Source: Bacillota bacterium (GTDB lineage: Bacteria > Bacillota > PH28-bin88). Taken from it: a DNA stretch of 64,000 nt. Positions 55,405 to 64,000 of the stretch are shown here, in pieces. Below the pieces are notes generated by a model. That model worked only from the letters and a program-made list of their open reading frames with translations. It did not search any database and was not told the origin of the DNA. Numbering within the stretch: the first letter of the stretch is position 1; each line of letters starts with the position of its first letter. The DNA is taken from assembly GCA_040757295.1 (NCBI GenBank), contig JBFLXH010000007.1, positions 35,142-99,141 of the forward strand, read 5' to 3'. Position numbers and translations under genes: made by a program.

Positions 55405-57030
55405 GTGGGCGATTGCGTCCATGTTGCCGGTTTATATAATTTTATGCGGATAGCTGAGAATGAGGGGTATCAGACTGTTTTCCTTGGTCCTGCTGTCGAC
55501 GTAGCGCAGTTGGCCGATGCTTTGATTAAGGAAAAACCGGATATGGTTGGTATCAGCTATCGTTTAACTCCCGAAGCTTTTGAAAAAATGGTCCCTGCAT
55601 TAAAAAGGGCCTTTGAGGGGTACAGCAATTCCAGTTGCACCTATCTTTTTGGAGGGACACCCCCGGTTACGAGGATTGCTGTGCAAAGTGGTCTTTTTGC
55701 AGCATGTTTCGATGGAACAGAAACCGAGGAAGCAATGCTGAATTGTGTTCGGGGCGAAGAAGTGAGTGGGGGACCGGAAAAATACCCAACAGGCCTGGTG
55801 GAGCGTATTAATTGGAAGAGACCTTTTCCGATCATTAGGCATCATTTTGGATTGCCTACTATGCCGGAAAGCCTGCACGATATAGTAAAACTGGCCGAGT
55901 CTTGCGAGCTGGATGTTATCTCGTTAGCTCCAGATCAGAATGCCCAAGAAAGCTTTTTTCGCCCGGAGGAAATGGACCCCCTGCAGGACGGGGCGGGTGG
56001 CATGCCGGTTCGCACAGAAAAGGACTTCTGCCTATTGTATGAGGCAACCAGAATTGGGAATTACCCCTTGCTACGTTCCTACGCAGGTACCCGGGATTTG
56101 CTTCCTATGGGCTCAATGCTGAAAAAAACAATTAACCAGGCATGGGCAGCAATTCCCCTTTGTTGGTACAGTGAATTAGACGGACGAAGTACTAGGCCCT
56201 TGGAAAACGCCATTAGAGAAGCCTTAGCGGTTATTAGATGGCATGGAGAAAATGGAATTCCAGTTGAGGTTAATGAGGCTCATCAATGGAGTTTGCGGGA
56301 TGCGCCAGATACAATTGCGGTTGCAATGGCTTTTCTAGCTGCTTACAATGCAAAAAAAGCCGGGGTCAAGCACTATGTTGCCCAATATATGTTAAATAAT
56401 CCTCCTGGGACTTCGCCCGCCATGGACTTAGCCAAAATGCTGGCAAAGATCGAACTAATTGAATCACTGCACGACGACCAGTTCTGTACTTATCGGCAAA
56501 CTCGCACAGGTTTAACCAGTTTGCCTTCAGATATTGTTTTGGCGAAAGGTCATTTAGCGGCCAGCACAATGCTGCAAATGGCGTTGAGGCCTCATATCGT
56601 ACATGTAGTAGCCCACTGCGAAGCAGACCACGCGGCGCGAGCGGATGATATTATAGAGGCTGTAAAAATCGCTAAAGGAGCTATTAAGCTTGGGCTGTAT
56701 GGATTTGATACTTTAGTAAACAGTCCGGAAGTAAAAGCCCGCAAGGAAGAACTAATTGCAGAGGCTACAATACTTCTTGATGCTATCAAGTCCCTAGCTC
56801 CTGCATCCGTTAATGATCCCTGGGCCGATCCTGCAACTTTGGCCACAGCAGTTCGGTATGGATTATTAGACGCTCCTCATCTCAGAGATCATAAAGTCGC
56901 ACTTGGGTTAGTGAGTACCAGGATTATTGAAGGGGCCTGCCGGGCTATTAATCCCCAATCTGGTAAGCCTTTAAGTGAAGACCAAAGAATAATGTCTTTA
57001 AAACAAATGAAATTTAAGGCAACTATATAA
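55405..57030 (+). CDS. cobalamin-binding-domain protein (DxHxxG at residues 3-9) fused to ~410-aa C-terminal domain of unclear family (mutase- or methyltransferase-like)
   Basis: GTG start; GDCVHVAG matches the B12-binding DxHxxG; ..GISYRL..GG Rossmann-like B12 domain; long C-terminal domain not assignable by eye. Confidence 0.6.
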   Translation: MGDCVHVAGLYNFMRIAENEGYQTVFLGPAVDVAQLADALIKEKPDMVGISYRLTPEAFEKMVPALKRAFEGYSNSSCTYLFGGTPPVTRIAVQSGLFAACFDGTETEEAMLNCVRGEEVSGGPEKYPTGLVERINWKRPFPIIRHHFGLPTMPESLHDIVKLAESCELDVISLAPDQNAQESFFRPEEMDPLQDGAGGMPVRTEKDFCLLYEATRIGNYPLLRSYAGTRDLLPMGSMLKKTINQAWAAIPLCWYSELDGRSTRPLENAIREALAVIRWHGENGIPVEVNEAHQWSLRDAPDTIAVAMAFLAAYNAKKAGVKHYVAQYMLNNPPGTSPAMDLAKMLAKIELIESLHDDQFCTYRQTRTGLTSLPSDIVLAKGHLAASTMLQMALRPHIVHVVAHCEADHAARADDIIEAVKIAKGAIKLGLYGFDTLVNSPEVKARKEELIAEATILLDAIKSLAPASVNDPWADPATLATAVRYGLLDAPHLRDHKVALGLVSTRIIEGACRAINPQSGKPLSEDQRIMSLKQMKFKATI

Positions 57031-57405
57031 CTAAAATAGATTGCCCGGAGCTAAAACTCTCCGGGCAATCTATTTTAATGGGGTTTGTAGTCCTGGTGAT
57101 GCCAGTTAGGGTTATTTCTCTTTGGATCAGGGGCGCCGGGACCGATTTCTTTATGGCCATGAGGGGACGGATCCTTGCCGTATGCTGGGTGGCTGCCATA
57201 CTGCTGAGGGGGCTTTTAATTCTCCATTTGGTCCCCCAAACTGCTGCAGTAAAAGAGTTGCAAATCTAGGATCGGGTTGGCTTACCCTGACATGGTATTC
57301 AGTATCTTTTACGTGTTTAAACAATAAACATATCCCTCCTATTTTAAATATCGAATTTAGGATATGATAACTTATGTTTTTGGATACTAATAAAATCCTG
57401 GAAAA

Positions 57406-58734
57406 TTAATTCGGTTCCATGTTTCTTAGGTTTAACCAAGAGATAATTCGTTGAAGTGTTTTTTCCATTTTACCTTCAGCGAAGGAACCTGTGGTTGGTT
57501 TAGAGGGGAGACCCTTAATGAGCTCTTTTTGGTTTATTAACCAAACGCATAATATGGCGCCAGCCAAAGCTAATAATCCGCCAGCCATTAGCATCACCTG
57601 TTTGCTTACCTCTAATAGAAGGCTGAATGCTGGAGGCCCCAGTGCAACGCCAAAAAAGCGAACACTGCCATAGAGGGCTGTGATCCCGCCCCTTTCTTCC
57701 AGAGGAACAGAACTGGTAACAAGGGTATTAACTGCCGGAAGGACAAGCCCGGTGCCAATCCCCATAATAGTTACGCCGACAAAAAAAATCCAATCCATAG
57801 GAAATATGGCTATTAATAAGAGAGAGGAAGCAACAGAAGCCAGACCAAGAATAACGATAAATTTAAGCAAAAAGCCCCGTTTTTGTAAGAAACGCCCACT
57901 GGCGTACGAGGTTGTGGCCATAGCTAGGACAGGGATGGCTATGGCAAATCCTTTGATAACCCCTTTTAGATTGTACCTGGTTTCTAAAACATCAGACAAA
58001 TATGATAAAACCCCAAAAAGAACCAATAGGACTATGCTACCGGCTAGGTAACAGCCAATAAGGGATTTGCCTTTTTCCATAAAAATTTTTTTTAAGGTTT
58101 TTAAATATTCACCTGCAGTTCTATCCTTGGTTTTTAATGGCGGCTCTATTATTGCAAGCCATATACCCACGGCAATAGGAATAGCGAGAAATGAATATAC
58201 AAAGAACAAGGCAAACCAAGTAATTAAGGCTATAAGGGAACCCAGGATTGGACTGATTACTTTACCTAATCCGTTTGCTGCCTCAATCACACCAAGGGCC
58301 TTGCTGCGTTCTTGGTTTTGGAAAATATCCCCTGCTAAGGCCATCGCAATCGGGGCTGTTCCGGCGGCGCCAATACCTTGAATCACTCTCCCTACTAACA
58401 GTACAATATATGAGTTTGGTAGCAACCAAGCTGCAATTCCTGACAGAAGTCCTCCAAGACCATACATTATGAGGGCGGGGATTAGTATTTTCTTTCTGCC
58501 TATTTTGTCGGATAAGAAACCTAATAGAGGAATGCTGATGCCGGCAGGGATCGAAAAAAGGGTAATAGTCAGCCCCGCTTGAAACTGGGTAATGTTTAAG
58601 GCCTGCTGCATCTGCGGGAATACTGGAATTAACATCGAGTTGCCAAGAACCATAATAAAAGGAACTCCGCTTAAAGCGGCTAATTTCCAAGTTTTGTTGC
58701 TGGCCATCTGTTGCTCCTTTAATCGTTGATGCAT
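57406..58734 (-). CDS. MFS transporter (12 TM)
   Basis: MFS signature GRVIQGIGAAG and 12 predicted TM helices; 442 aa. Confidence 0.85.
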   Translation of the reverse strand: MHQRLKEQQMASNKTWKLAALSGVPFIMVLGNSMLIPVFPQMQQALNITQFQAGLTITLFSIPAGISIPLLGFLSDKIGRKKILIPALIMYGLGGLLSGIAAWLLPNSYIVLLVGRVIQGIGAAGTAPIAMALAGDIFQNQERSKALGVIEAANGLGKVISPILGSLIALITWFALFFVYSFLAIPIAVGIWLAIIEPPLKTKDRTAGEYLKTLKKIFMEKGKSLIGCYLAGSIVLLVLFGVLSYLSDVLETRYNLKGVIKGFAIAIPVLAMATTSYASGRFLQKRGFLLKFIVILGLASVASSLLLIAIFPMDWIFFVGVTIMGIGTGLVLPAVNTLVTSSVPLEERGGITALYGSVRFFGVALGPPAFSLLLEVSKQVMLMAGGLLALAGAILCVWLINQKELIKGLPSKPTTGSFAEGKMEKTLQRIISWLNLRNMEPN

Positions 58735-58807
58735 ATAATGTATGCCTATTATGTGTCTTTTTAAAGGAGTATACGCGTACTGTTCAGAGTAATAATTTGG
58801 CGAGATA

Positions 58808-58914
58808 TTATAATGAGCGAGGCCACTAATTATTCATTGATTTACCGTGGCCTCAAAGCGAATTTCATACTCGGCTTCATTATGATAATGCAATTTTATC
58901 CCTTGCCGAGTATA
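58808..58914 (-). repeat. intergenic repeat family 2, copy B (inverted orientation)
   Basis: The reverse complement matches 4608-4714 almost base-for-base. Confidence 0.8.
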
Positions 58915-59009
58915 TTCCCGCAGATGCTTTATTGTTTAAAAAGGAATTTTGACCTCAACGGAGAACACTAGTTAGCGCGCGAAATTATTCAGCTGTGGAG
59001 GTTATTTAG

Positions 59010-59942
59010 GTGTTAAGCAAAAAATTTAAATTTATTACTGATATGAAATCCGAACTTCCCCCCAAGAGGGTTTGTATTGCGGCTGCGGCTGACAACAAAG
59101 TTTTGGCATCCGTAAAAATGGCATTGGGAGACGGCTTGGGAAGCTTTACCTTAATTGGCGATTGTGACCGCATTACAGAAATAGCTGAGGAAATTGAACT
59201 CGACCTAAAAGGAGTCCGGTTAATTGATCAGCCAAGCCCGGATCAAGCCGCTCAGCATGCCTGCCATCTGGCCGGGGCAGGAGAGGTCGATATTGTCGTA
59301 AAGGGAACTGTTAATACCGCAGATTTTTTGCGGGGAGTGTTAAATCACCATAATGGCCTTAGAACCGGGCGAATATTAAGCCATGTTGGCATTTTTGACA
59401 TTCCTTCTTATGATCGTTTGCTGTACGTGACTGATGCCGGCATTAATATTAAACCTACTTTTGAGGAAAAAAAGCAGATCATTCAAAATGCTGTGGAATT
59501 AGCCGTTTCTCTAGGAATTCAACTGCCCAAAGTTGCACTTTTGGCTGCGGTTGAAACCGTTAATCCAAAAATGGAGGCTACTTTAGAGGCTGCGGCCCTT
59601 GCGAAAATGGCTGAACGGGGGGAACTTCGTGGCGCTATTGTAGACGGGCCTTTAGCTTTAGACAATGCTGTCAGCAGAGATGCAGTTTTAAGTAAGGGGA
59701 TTAAGAGTGAAGTGGCTGGTGCAGCGGATATATTGATTGTACCTAACATTGAGGTTGGAAACGTCCTTGTAAAAAGTCTAACATATTTTGCAGGCGCTAC
59801 GCTGGGAGGAGTTGTGCAAGGGGCTAGAGTTCCAGTCGTGATGACATCCCGGGCTGATTCTGCAGAAACTCGCTATTTATCTTTGATTGTTGCCTGTGTT
59901 AGCAGCCACTTAAACAGCATTAAAAGCGCTATCGGGAAATAG
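59010..59942 (+). CDS. ptb: phosphate butyryltransferase / phosphotransacylase family
   Basis: PTA_PTB family blocks (KGTVNTADFL, SRADSAE); ~310 aa is the Ptb length class; GTG start. Confidence 0.8.
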   Translation: MLSKKFKFITDMKSELPPKRVCIAAAADNKVLASVKMALGDGLGSFTLIGDCDRITEIAEEIELDLKGVRLIDQPSPDQAAQHACHLAGAGEVDIVVKGTVNTADFLRGVLNHHNGLRTGRILSHVGIFDIPSYDRLLYVTDAGINIKPTFEEKKQIIQNAVELAVSLGIQLPKVALLAAVETVNPKMEATLEAAALAKMAERGELRGAIVDGPLALDNAVSRDAVLSKGIKSEVAGAADILIVPNIEVGNVLVKSLTYFAGATLGGVVQGARVPVVMTSRADSAETRYLSLIVACVSSHLNSIKSAIGK

Positions 59943-59948
59943 TAAAAA

Positions 59949-60054
59949 TATACTCGGCAAGGGTAAAATTGCTTTATCTAATGAAGCCGAGTATGAAATT
60001 CGCTTTGAGGCCACGGTAAATCAATGAATAATTAGTGGCCTTGCTCATTATAAA
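59949..60054 (+). repeat. intergenic repeat family 2, copy C
   Basis: TATACTCGGCAAGGGTAAAATTGC...GAGGCCACGGTAAATCAATGAATAATTAGTGGCCTTGCTCATTATAAAA; about 95% identical to copy A. Confidence 0.8.
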
Positions 60055-60155
60055 AGATTAATACACCGAGAATAAAAATAGCAGGAGAAAGAAGTCTACA
60101 GGTCGAATAGGATTGTAAATAATTCCGGACGCCGTTTGGCATCGCCGGACAGGGG

Positions 60156-60941
60156 GTGGGAATTATCAGCAATAAAAGGAGCGGCTATATACAATCAGTA
60201 GATAGAGCCTTATCAATTCTGGAAGCATTTGCACCCGGACAGTGGCTGGGAGTTCGGGAATTGGGTTCCCTTGTTGGATTACCCAAAAGTACTACTTATG
60301 GACTGTTAATCACCCTGACCAAGAGAGGTTATTTGGTGCAAAACCCTGAAAATGGAAAGTATAAACTTGGCTTAAAGCTATTTGAACTGGGCAACAGGTT
60401 TATTGATGGGCTTGATGTGCGCCAAGAAGCGCTTCCCTTTTTAAAGCAGCTTAATGAAAGTTTTCAAGAGACTGTGCACTTAGTAACCCTTGATGCAGAT
60501 GAGGTTGTGTATATTGATAAAGTAGAAGGGCCTCGCAGTATTAGAATGTCTTCCCGGGTTGGCCAGCGGAATCCATTATACTGTACGGCTGTGGGCAAAG
60601 TCCTGATGGCGAATATGCCAGAATCTCTTGTGCTAAATATCATTAATAAAGGCCTGAAAGAATATACTCCTTTCACAATCACTGACCCCCATAAGTTACT
60701 AGCCCACTTAAAAACTGTTAGACAGCAAGGCTATGCGCTAGACGACCAGGAATTGGAGATAGGTCTTCGCTGTGTTGCAGCGCCAATTATGGATCATTTA
60801 GGCAATGCAGTGCTGGCTTTGAGTGTTTCTGCTCCTGTTGACAGACTGGGCGAGGCAAAACTGCAGGAGGTGATTAATTCCTTAAAAAATGTTGCGGCTA
60901 TTATTTCCACAAGACTTGGCCATTTAGGGCCAATAATTTAA
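60156..60941 (+). CDS. IclR family transcriptional regulator
   Basis: N-terminal wHTH (SVDRALSILEAF...LGVRELGSLVGLPKSTTYGLLITL) and C-terminal IclR effector domain; 261 aa. Confidence 0.85.
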   Translation: MGIISNKRSGYIQSVDRALSILEAFAPGQWLGVRELGSLVGLPKSTTYGLLITLTKRGYLVQNPENGKYKLGLKLFELGNRFIDGLDVRQEALPFLKQLNESFQETVHLVTLDADEVVYIDKVEGPRSIRMSSRVGQRNPLYCTAVGKVLMANMPESLVLNIINKGLKEYTPFTITDPHKLLAHLKTVRQQGYALDDQELEIGLRCVAAPIMDHLGNAVLALSVSAPVDRLGEAKLQEVINSLKNVAAIISTRLGHLGPII

Positions 60942-60971
60942 TTTTGCAGGTTCGCGGAAAGGAGCATAGGA

Positions 60972-61868
60972 ATGAATTTAAATGGCAGAATTAGCGTTGC
61001 CATTATTGGCCCTGGCAACATCGGTACTGACCTTATGTATAAAGTTTTACGCAGCAAAAACCTCAAATTAGATTTGGTAGCCGGAGTAATTGAGGCTTCA
61101 GAAGGGCTAGCCTTAGCCCGGAAGGAGGGAGTGCTGACTACTTCCAAAGGTATTGGACCGATTTTGGAAAATCCTGAAATTAAAATTGTATTTGATACAA
61201 CTGGAGCAAAGCCCCATATCATGCATGCGCCCATGCTCGAGGCCGCCGGTAAAATTGCAATTGACCTTACCCCTGCAGCGGTTGGTCCTTATGTTGTCCC
61301 TGCTGTAAATATGGAAGACCATCTGAATAGCCCGAACATCAACTTGATTACGTGTGGTGGGCAGGCAACCATTCCCATTGTTTACGCTATCAACGAGGTA
61401 GCAGGAGTCGAATATGCCGAGATCGTTGCTACTATCAGCAGTAAGAGCGCTGGTCCCGCGACCAGGCAAAACATTGACGAATTTACAAAAACAACTGCTG
61501 CCGGCTTAGTAAAAATCGGCGGTGCTCAAAGGGGAAAGGCAATCATTATCTTGAATCCAGCCGATCCCCCAATTTTGATGCGGAATACCATTTATACCCT
61601 TGTCCGCGAAAGCGATGCCGACAGGATTAGAAAGGCTGTAAATAATATGGTAGCCCGTATCCAGGAATATGTACCGGGGTATCGGCTTAAAGTACCACCT
61701 TTAGTTGAAGGGAACAAGGTTACAACTATGATTGAGGTCAAGGGTGCGGGAGATTACCTGCCTGAATACTCAGGCAATCTAGATATCATTACAGCTGCAG
61801 CAGTTGGGGTAGCTGAGAAATTGGCTGCAAATATTCTGAAACAGTCGGGGGGTGAGGTTGTTGCCTAA
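60972..61868 (+). CDS. mhpF: acetaldehyde dehydrogenase (acetylating), MhpF/DmpF family
   Basis: [13 protein letters not shown]; catalytic Cys in [12 protein letters not shown]; 298 aa. Confidence 0.9.
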   Translation: MNLNGRISVAIIGPGNIGTDLMYKVLRSKNLKLDLVAGVIEASEGLALARKEGVLTTSKGIGPILENPEIKIVFDTTGAKPHIMHAPMLEAAGKIAIDLTPAAVGPYVVPAVNMEDHLNSPNINLITCGGQATIPIVYAINEVAGVEYAEIVATISSKSAGPATRQNIDEFTKTTAAGLVKIGGAQRGKAIIILNPADPPILMRNTIYTLVRESDADRIRKAVNNMVARIQEYVPGYRLKVPPLVEGNKVTTMIEVKGAGDYLPEYSGNLDIITAAAVGVAEKLAANILKQSGGEVVA

Positions 61869-62874
61869 AAGAATACAAATAATCGATATGACCTTAAGAG
61901 ATGGCAGTCATTCCTTTGACCATCAATATACTCCAGGTCAGATGGCGGCCATATCAAAGGGATTAGATGAAGCAGGGGTAGATTACATTGAGATAGGCCA
62001 TGGGGATGGATTGGGAGCCTCTTCCCTTCAATACGGTTTATCTGCTGCGAAGGATGCAGAATATCTTCAATCGGTTTCTGCTGTAGTAGAGCGAGCAAAA
62101 ATATGTGTCCTTTTAATACCTGGAATTGGCATTAAGGAAGACCTGGAAATGGCCAAGGGCTACGGCGTACGGGCTGCAAAAATTGCCTGCTTGGTGACAG
62201 AAGTTGATATTGGCCAGCAGCATATTGAACTTGCAAAGAGTTTAGGACTAGAAGCCATAGGCTTCATGATGATGTCCCACTTGCTTGAACCGGATAAAGT
62301 TGCGGTCCAGGCTAAGCTTTTTGCCGATTATGGTGCAGATATTGTGTACGTGGTTGACTCGGCAGGAGCCTTGCTGCCTGTTGATGTAAAAGCCCGAATT
62401 ACCAGAGTAATAGAAACGGTAAATATTCCTGTAGGATTCCATGCCCATAACAACTTAGGTTGTGCCGTAGGTAATGCCTTGGCTGCAGTTGAAGCCGGTG
62501 CAACGTACATTGATGTAGCTCTTTGTGGTTTGGGTGCTGGCGCCGGAAATGCTCAGTCCGAGGCGGTAGTTGCATCTTTGATGAAAATGGGTTATATAAC
62601 CGGTGTAGATTTATATAAAATCAGCGATGTTGCCCAGGATATTGCACGACCCTTACTTCGGCGTCCCCAAGAAATTGACCGGGCTGCCTTAATGCTTGGG
62701 TATTCAGGGGTATATTCCAGTTTTCTTTTGCATACTTACCGGGCAGCCGAAAAGTTCGGTGTTGATGCCAGAGATATCCTAGTGGAGTTAGGACGACGCA
62801 AGACTGTTGGCGGCCAAGAAGATATGATTGTGGATGTTGCCTTTGAACTAAGCCAGCGAAGGGCAAGCAAATAG
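61852..62874 (+). CDS. mhpE: 4-hydroxy-2-oxovalerate aldolase, MhpE/DmpG family
   Basis: DMTLRDGSH metal-binding start; HAHNNLG; C-terminal DmpG communication domain; overlaps mhpF by 17 nt. Confidence 0.9.
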   Translation: MRLLPKRIQIIDMTLRDGSHSFDHQYTPGQMAAISKGLDEAGVDYIEIGHGDGLGASSLQYGLSAAKDAEYLQSVSAVVERAKICVLLIPGIGIKEDLEMAKGYGVRAAKIACLVTEVDIGQQHIELAKSLGLEAIGFMMMSHLLEPDKVAVQAKLFADYGADIVYVVDSAGALLPVDVKARITRVIETVNIPVGFHAHNNLGCAVGNALAAVEAGATYIDVALCGLGAGAGNAQSEAVVASLMKMGYITGVDLYKISDVAQDIARPLLRRPQEIDRAALMLGYSGVYSSFLLHTYRAAEKFGVDARDILVELGRRKTVGGQEDMIVDVAFELSQRRASK

Positions 62875-62883
62875 GTGTAGCAA

Positions 62884-62917
62884 AGAAAAACCGGCAAGGT
62901 AGCTGCCGGTTTTTCTT
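62884..62917. terminator. bidirectional terminator between mhpE and convergent hydratase gene
   Basis: AAAAACCGGCA-AGGTAGC-TGCCGGTTTTT. Confidence 0.75.
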
Positions 62918-62923
62918 TGGTTA

Positions 62924-63832
62924 TTAGAGTTGAAGTGCTGTATTTCGAAGAGTACCAAGGTGATCGATTGTAATCTCAATTATGTCGCCGTCCAGTAATG
63001 TAAAATCGTCAGGCGGGACCAGACAGGTGCCGGTTAATAAAACAGTACCTGCGGGAATTACATTGTCGCGACACAGGTAATCTACCAGTTCTGCAAAAGA
63101 GCGTTTAAGCTGGCTGGTACTGGCGGAATCTTGATAAACTATAATACCCTGACGGATAATCTTACAGTCAATTTTTAGGTTGTTTGCATCTGGGACCTTA
63201 TCTGCGGGGGCGATTACCGGGCCTAGGGCGCAGCTGTTTTTAAAAACTTTTGCTTGGGGCAGGTATAAGGGGTTTTCCCCTTCAATATCCCGGGAGCTCA
63301 TGTCATTGCCAATAATATAACCCAAAATCTCACCGCCATTGCCCAACACTAGCCCCAATTCAGGTTCCGGCACCATCCAGTGGGCATCACTGCGGAGGCA
63401 AACTTTTTCATAGGGGCCGGCAATCCTAGAGGGAGTTGCCTTGAAAAATATTTCTGGCCTTTTTGCTTCGTATACCCGGTCATAGATACTCTTGGCTGTA
63501 GTTTCAAACTCCCTGGCTTCCTGGCTCCGTTTATATGTGACTCCGGCAGCCCATACTTCGGGAGGGTCTAAAGGTGTAAGTAAGTGATTCCTCCCATCAG
63601 CAGGTTCCGCATCCAGAGTTTGATAGCTTTGCCAAGGCGTTGTCTGATTAATCAGCGGTGAGATTTTTTGTTCTATATAGGCGCCAATTCGGCTGCCTCC
63701 GGCGCACTGGACAAGTTCTAAAAAACTGGTGATCCTGCTCCCAGTTAAGTCAGAAAGATCGTAGACCTTTTCATCCAATAACAATCCTAAACGCTGGCCT
63801 CTACTTTGCTCATAATAACGTACAATGCTCAA
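62924..63832 (-). CDS. fumarylacetoacetate hydrolase (FAH) family hydratase/decarboxylase (2-keto-4-pentenoate hydratase-like)
   Basis: FAH-fold blocks (PEIFFKATPS, EPELGLVLGNGG, IGNDMSSRDIEGENPLYLPQAK). Likely TTG start at 63832 after AAAAAGGGGGAGG; ORF track extends to 63910. Confidence 0.8.
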   Translation of the reverse strand: MSIVRYYEQSRGQRLGLLLDEKVYDLSDLTGSRITSFLELVQCAGGSRIGAYIEQKISPLINQTTPWQSYQTLDAEPADGRNHLLTPLDPPEVWAAGVTYKRSQEAREFETTAKSIYDRVYEAKRPEIFFKATPSRIAGPYEKVCLRSDAHWMVPEPELGLVLGNGGEILGYIIGNDMSSRDIEGENPLYLPQAKVFKNSCALGPVIAPADKVPDANNLKIDCKIIRQGIIVYQDSASTSQLKRSFAELVDYLCRDNVIPAGTVLLTGTCLVPPDDFTLLDGDIIEITIDHLGTLRNTALQL

Positions 63833-63904
63833 AACTGCCTCCCCCTTTTTCTCGGTATAAAATAATAATAGCACACCAGCGTTCTTTGACGATAAATTTT
63901 TTTG

Positions 63905-64000
63905 AAACACATAGGAAATTAGGTGCGTTTAAAAATGTGGATAAGTTATAATTTCCGTAATGTGTTTCACCATAATCAACCTTAAATTCTTTCGCAAGGA
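63905..64000 (+). repeat. intergenic repeat family 1, copy 4 (runs off window end)
   Basis: AAACACATAGGAAATTAGGTGCGTTTAAAAATGTGGATAAGTTATAATTTCCGTAATGTGTTTC...; the same hairpin-1 architecture. Confidence 0.7.

Overview
This 64 kb window looks like core chromosome from a spore-forming, anaerobic Firmicute. The gene content is Clostridia / Peptococcaceae-like: ferredoxin-dependent 2-oxoacid oxidoreductase, AbfD, Moco biosynthesis, DUF1657/CotF/SpmB spore proteins, and selenocysteine usage. Genes are mostly on the + strand. In order they are: the polA 3' end, mutM, a YtaF-like membrane protein, coaE, an SLT transglycosylase, NAPRTase, a truncated family-5 SBP, a coiled-coil membrane protein, and a LeuDH-DUF362-OFOR(gamma/delta/alpha/beta)-AbfD-CGGC operon. 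Then come tRNA-Leu(GAG) followed by a decayed locus (SpmB fragment, response-regulator and histidine-kinase remnants, and a Q/G/Y-rich repeat protein). After that: tatA-tatA-tatC, a Moco cluster (mobA, MoeA-like, moeA, mobB, moaA, MOSC, polyferredoxin), an Opp/Dpp-type ABC transporter (5 genes), and speE-speB. A six-tRNA cluster follows (Val, Asp, Phe, Gly, Cys, Leu-TAA). Next are a LysM protein, two cytoplasmic MCPs flanking degV, an AsnB-like synthetase with Cys->Ser at the nucleophile position, an Amidase_3, a CNNM/CorC-type protein, a PHP phosphatase, a lipoprotein, DUF1657, a class-III aminotransferase, and an SRPBCC protein. There is also a glutaredoxin-like ORF with an in-frame TGA at the CxxC position (candidate selenoprotein), followed by two CotF-like proteins and glnA (ANTAR-type leader)-amt-glnK. 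The window ends with a Zn-phospholipase-C-like protein plus MGDG-synthase-like glycosyltransferase, a 2-hydroxyacid dehydrogenase, an opine-DH-family protein plus B12-binding-domain protein behind a structured leader, an MFS transporter, ptb, and an IclR-mhpF-mhpE module with a divergent FAH-family hydratase. No rRNA, CRISPR array, transposase or integrase was seen. Two previously unremarked intergenic repeat families, each with conserved hairpins, are present (4 plus a partial copy, and 3 copies).
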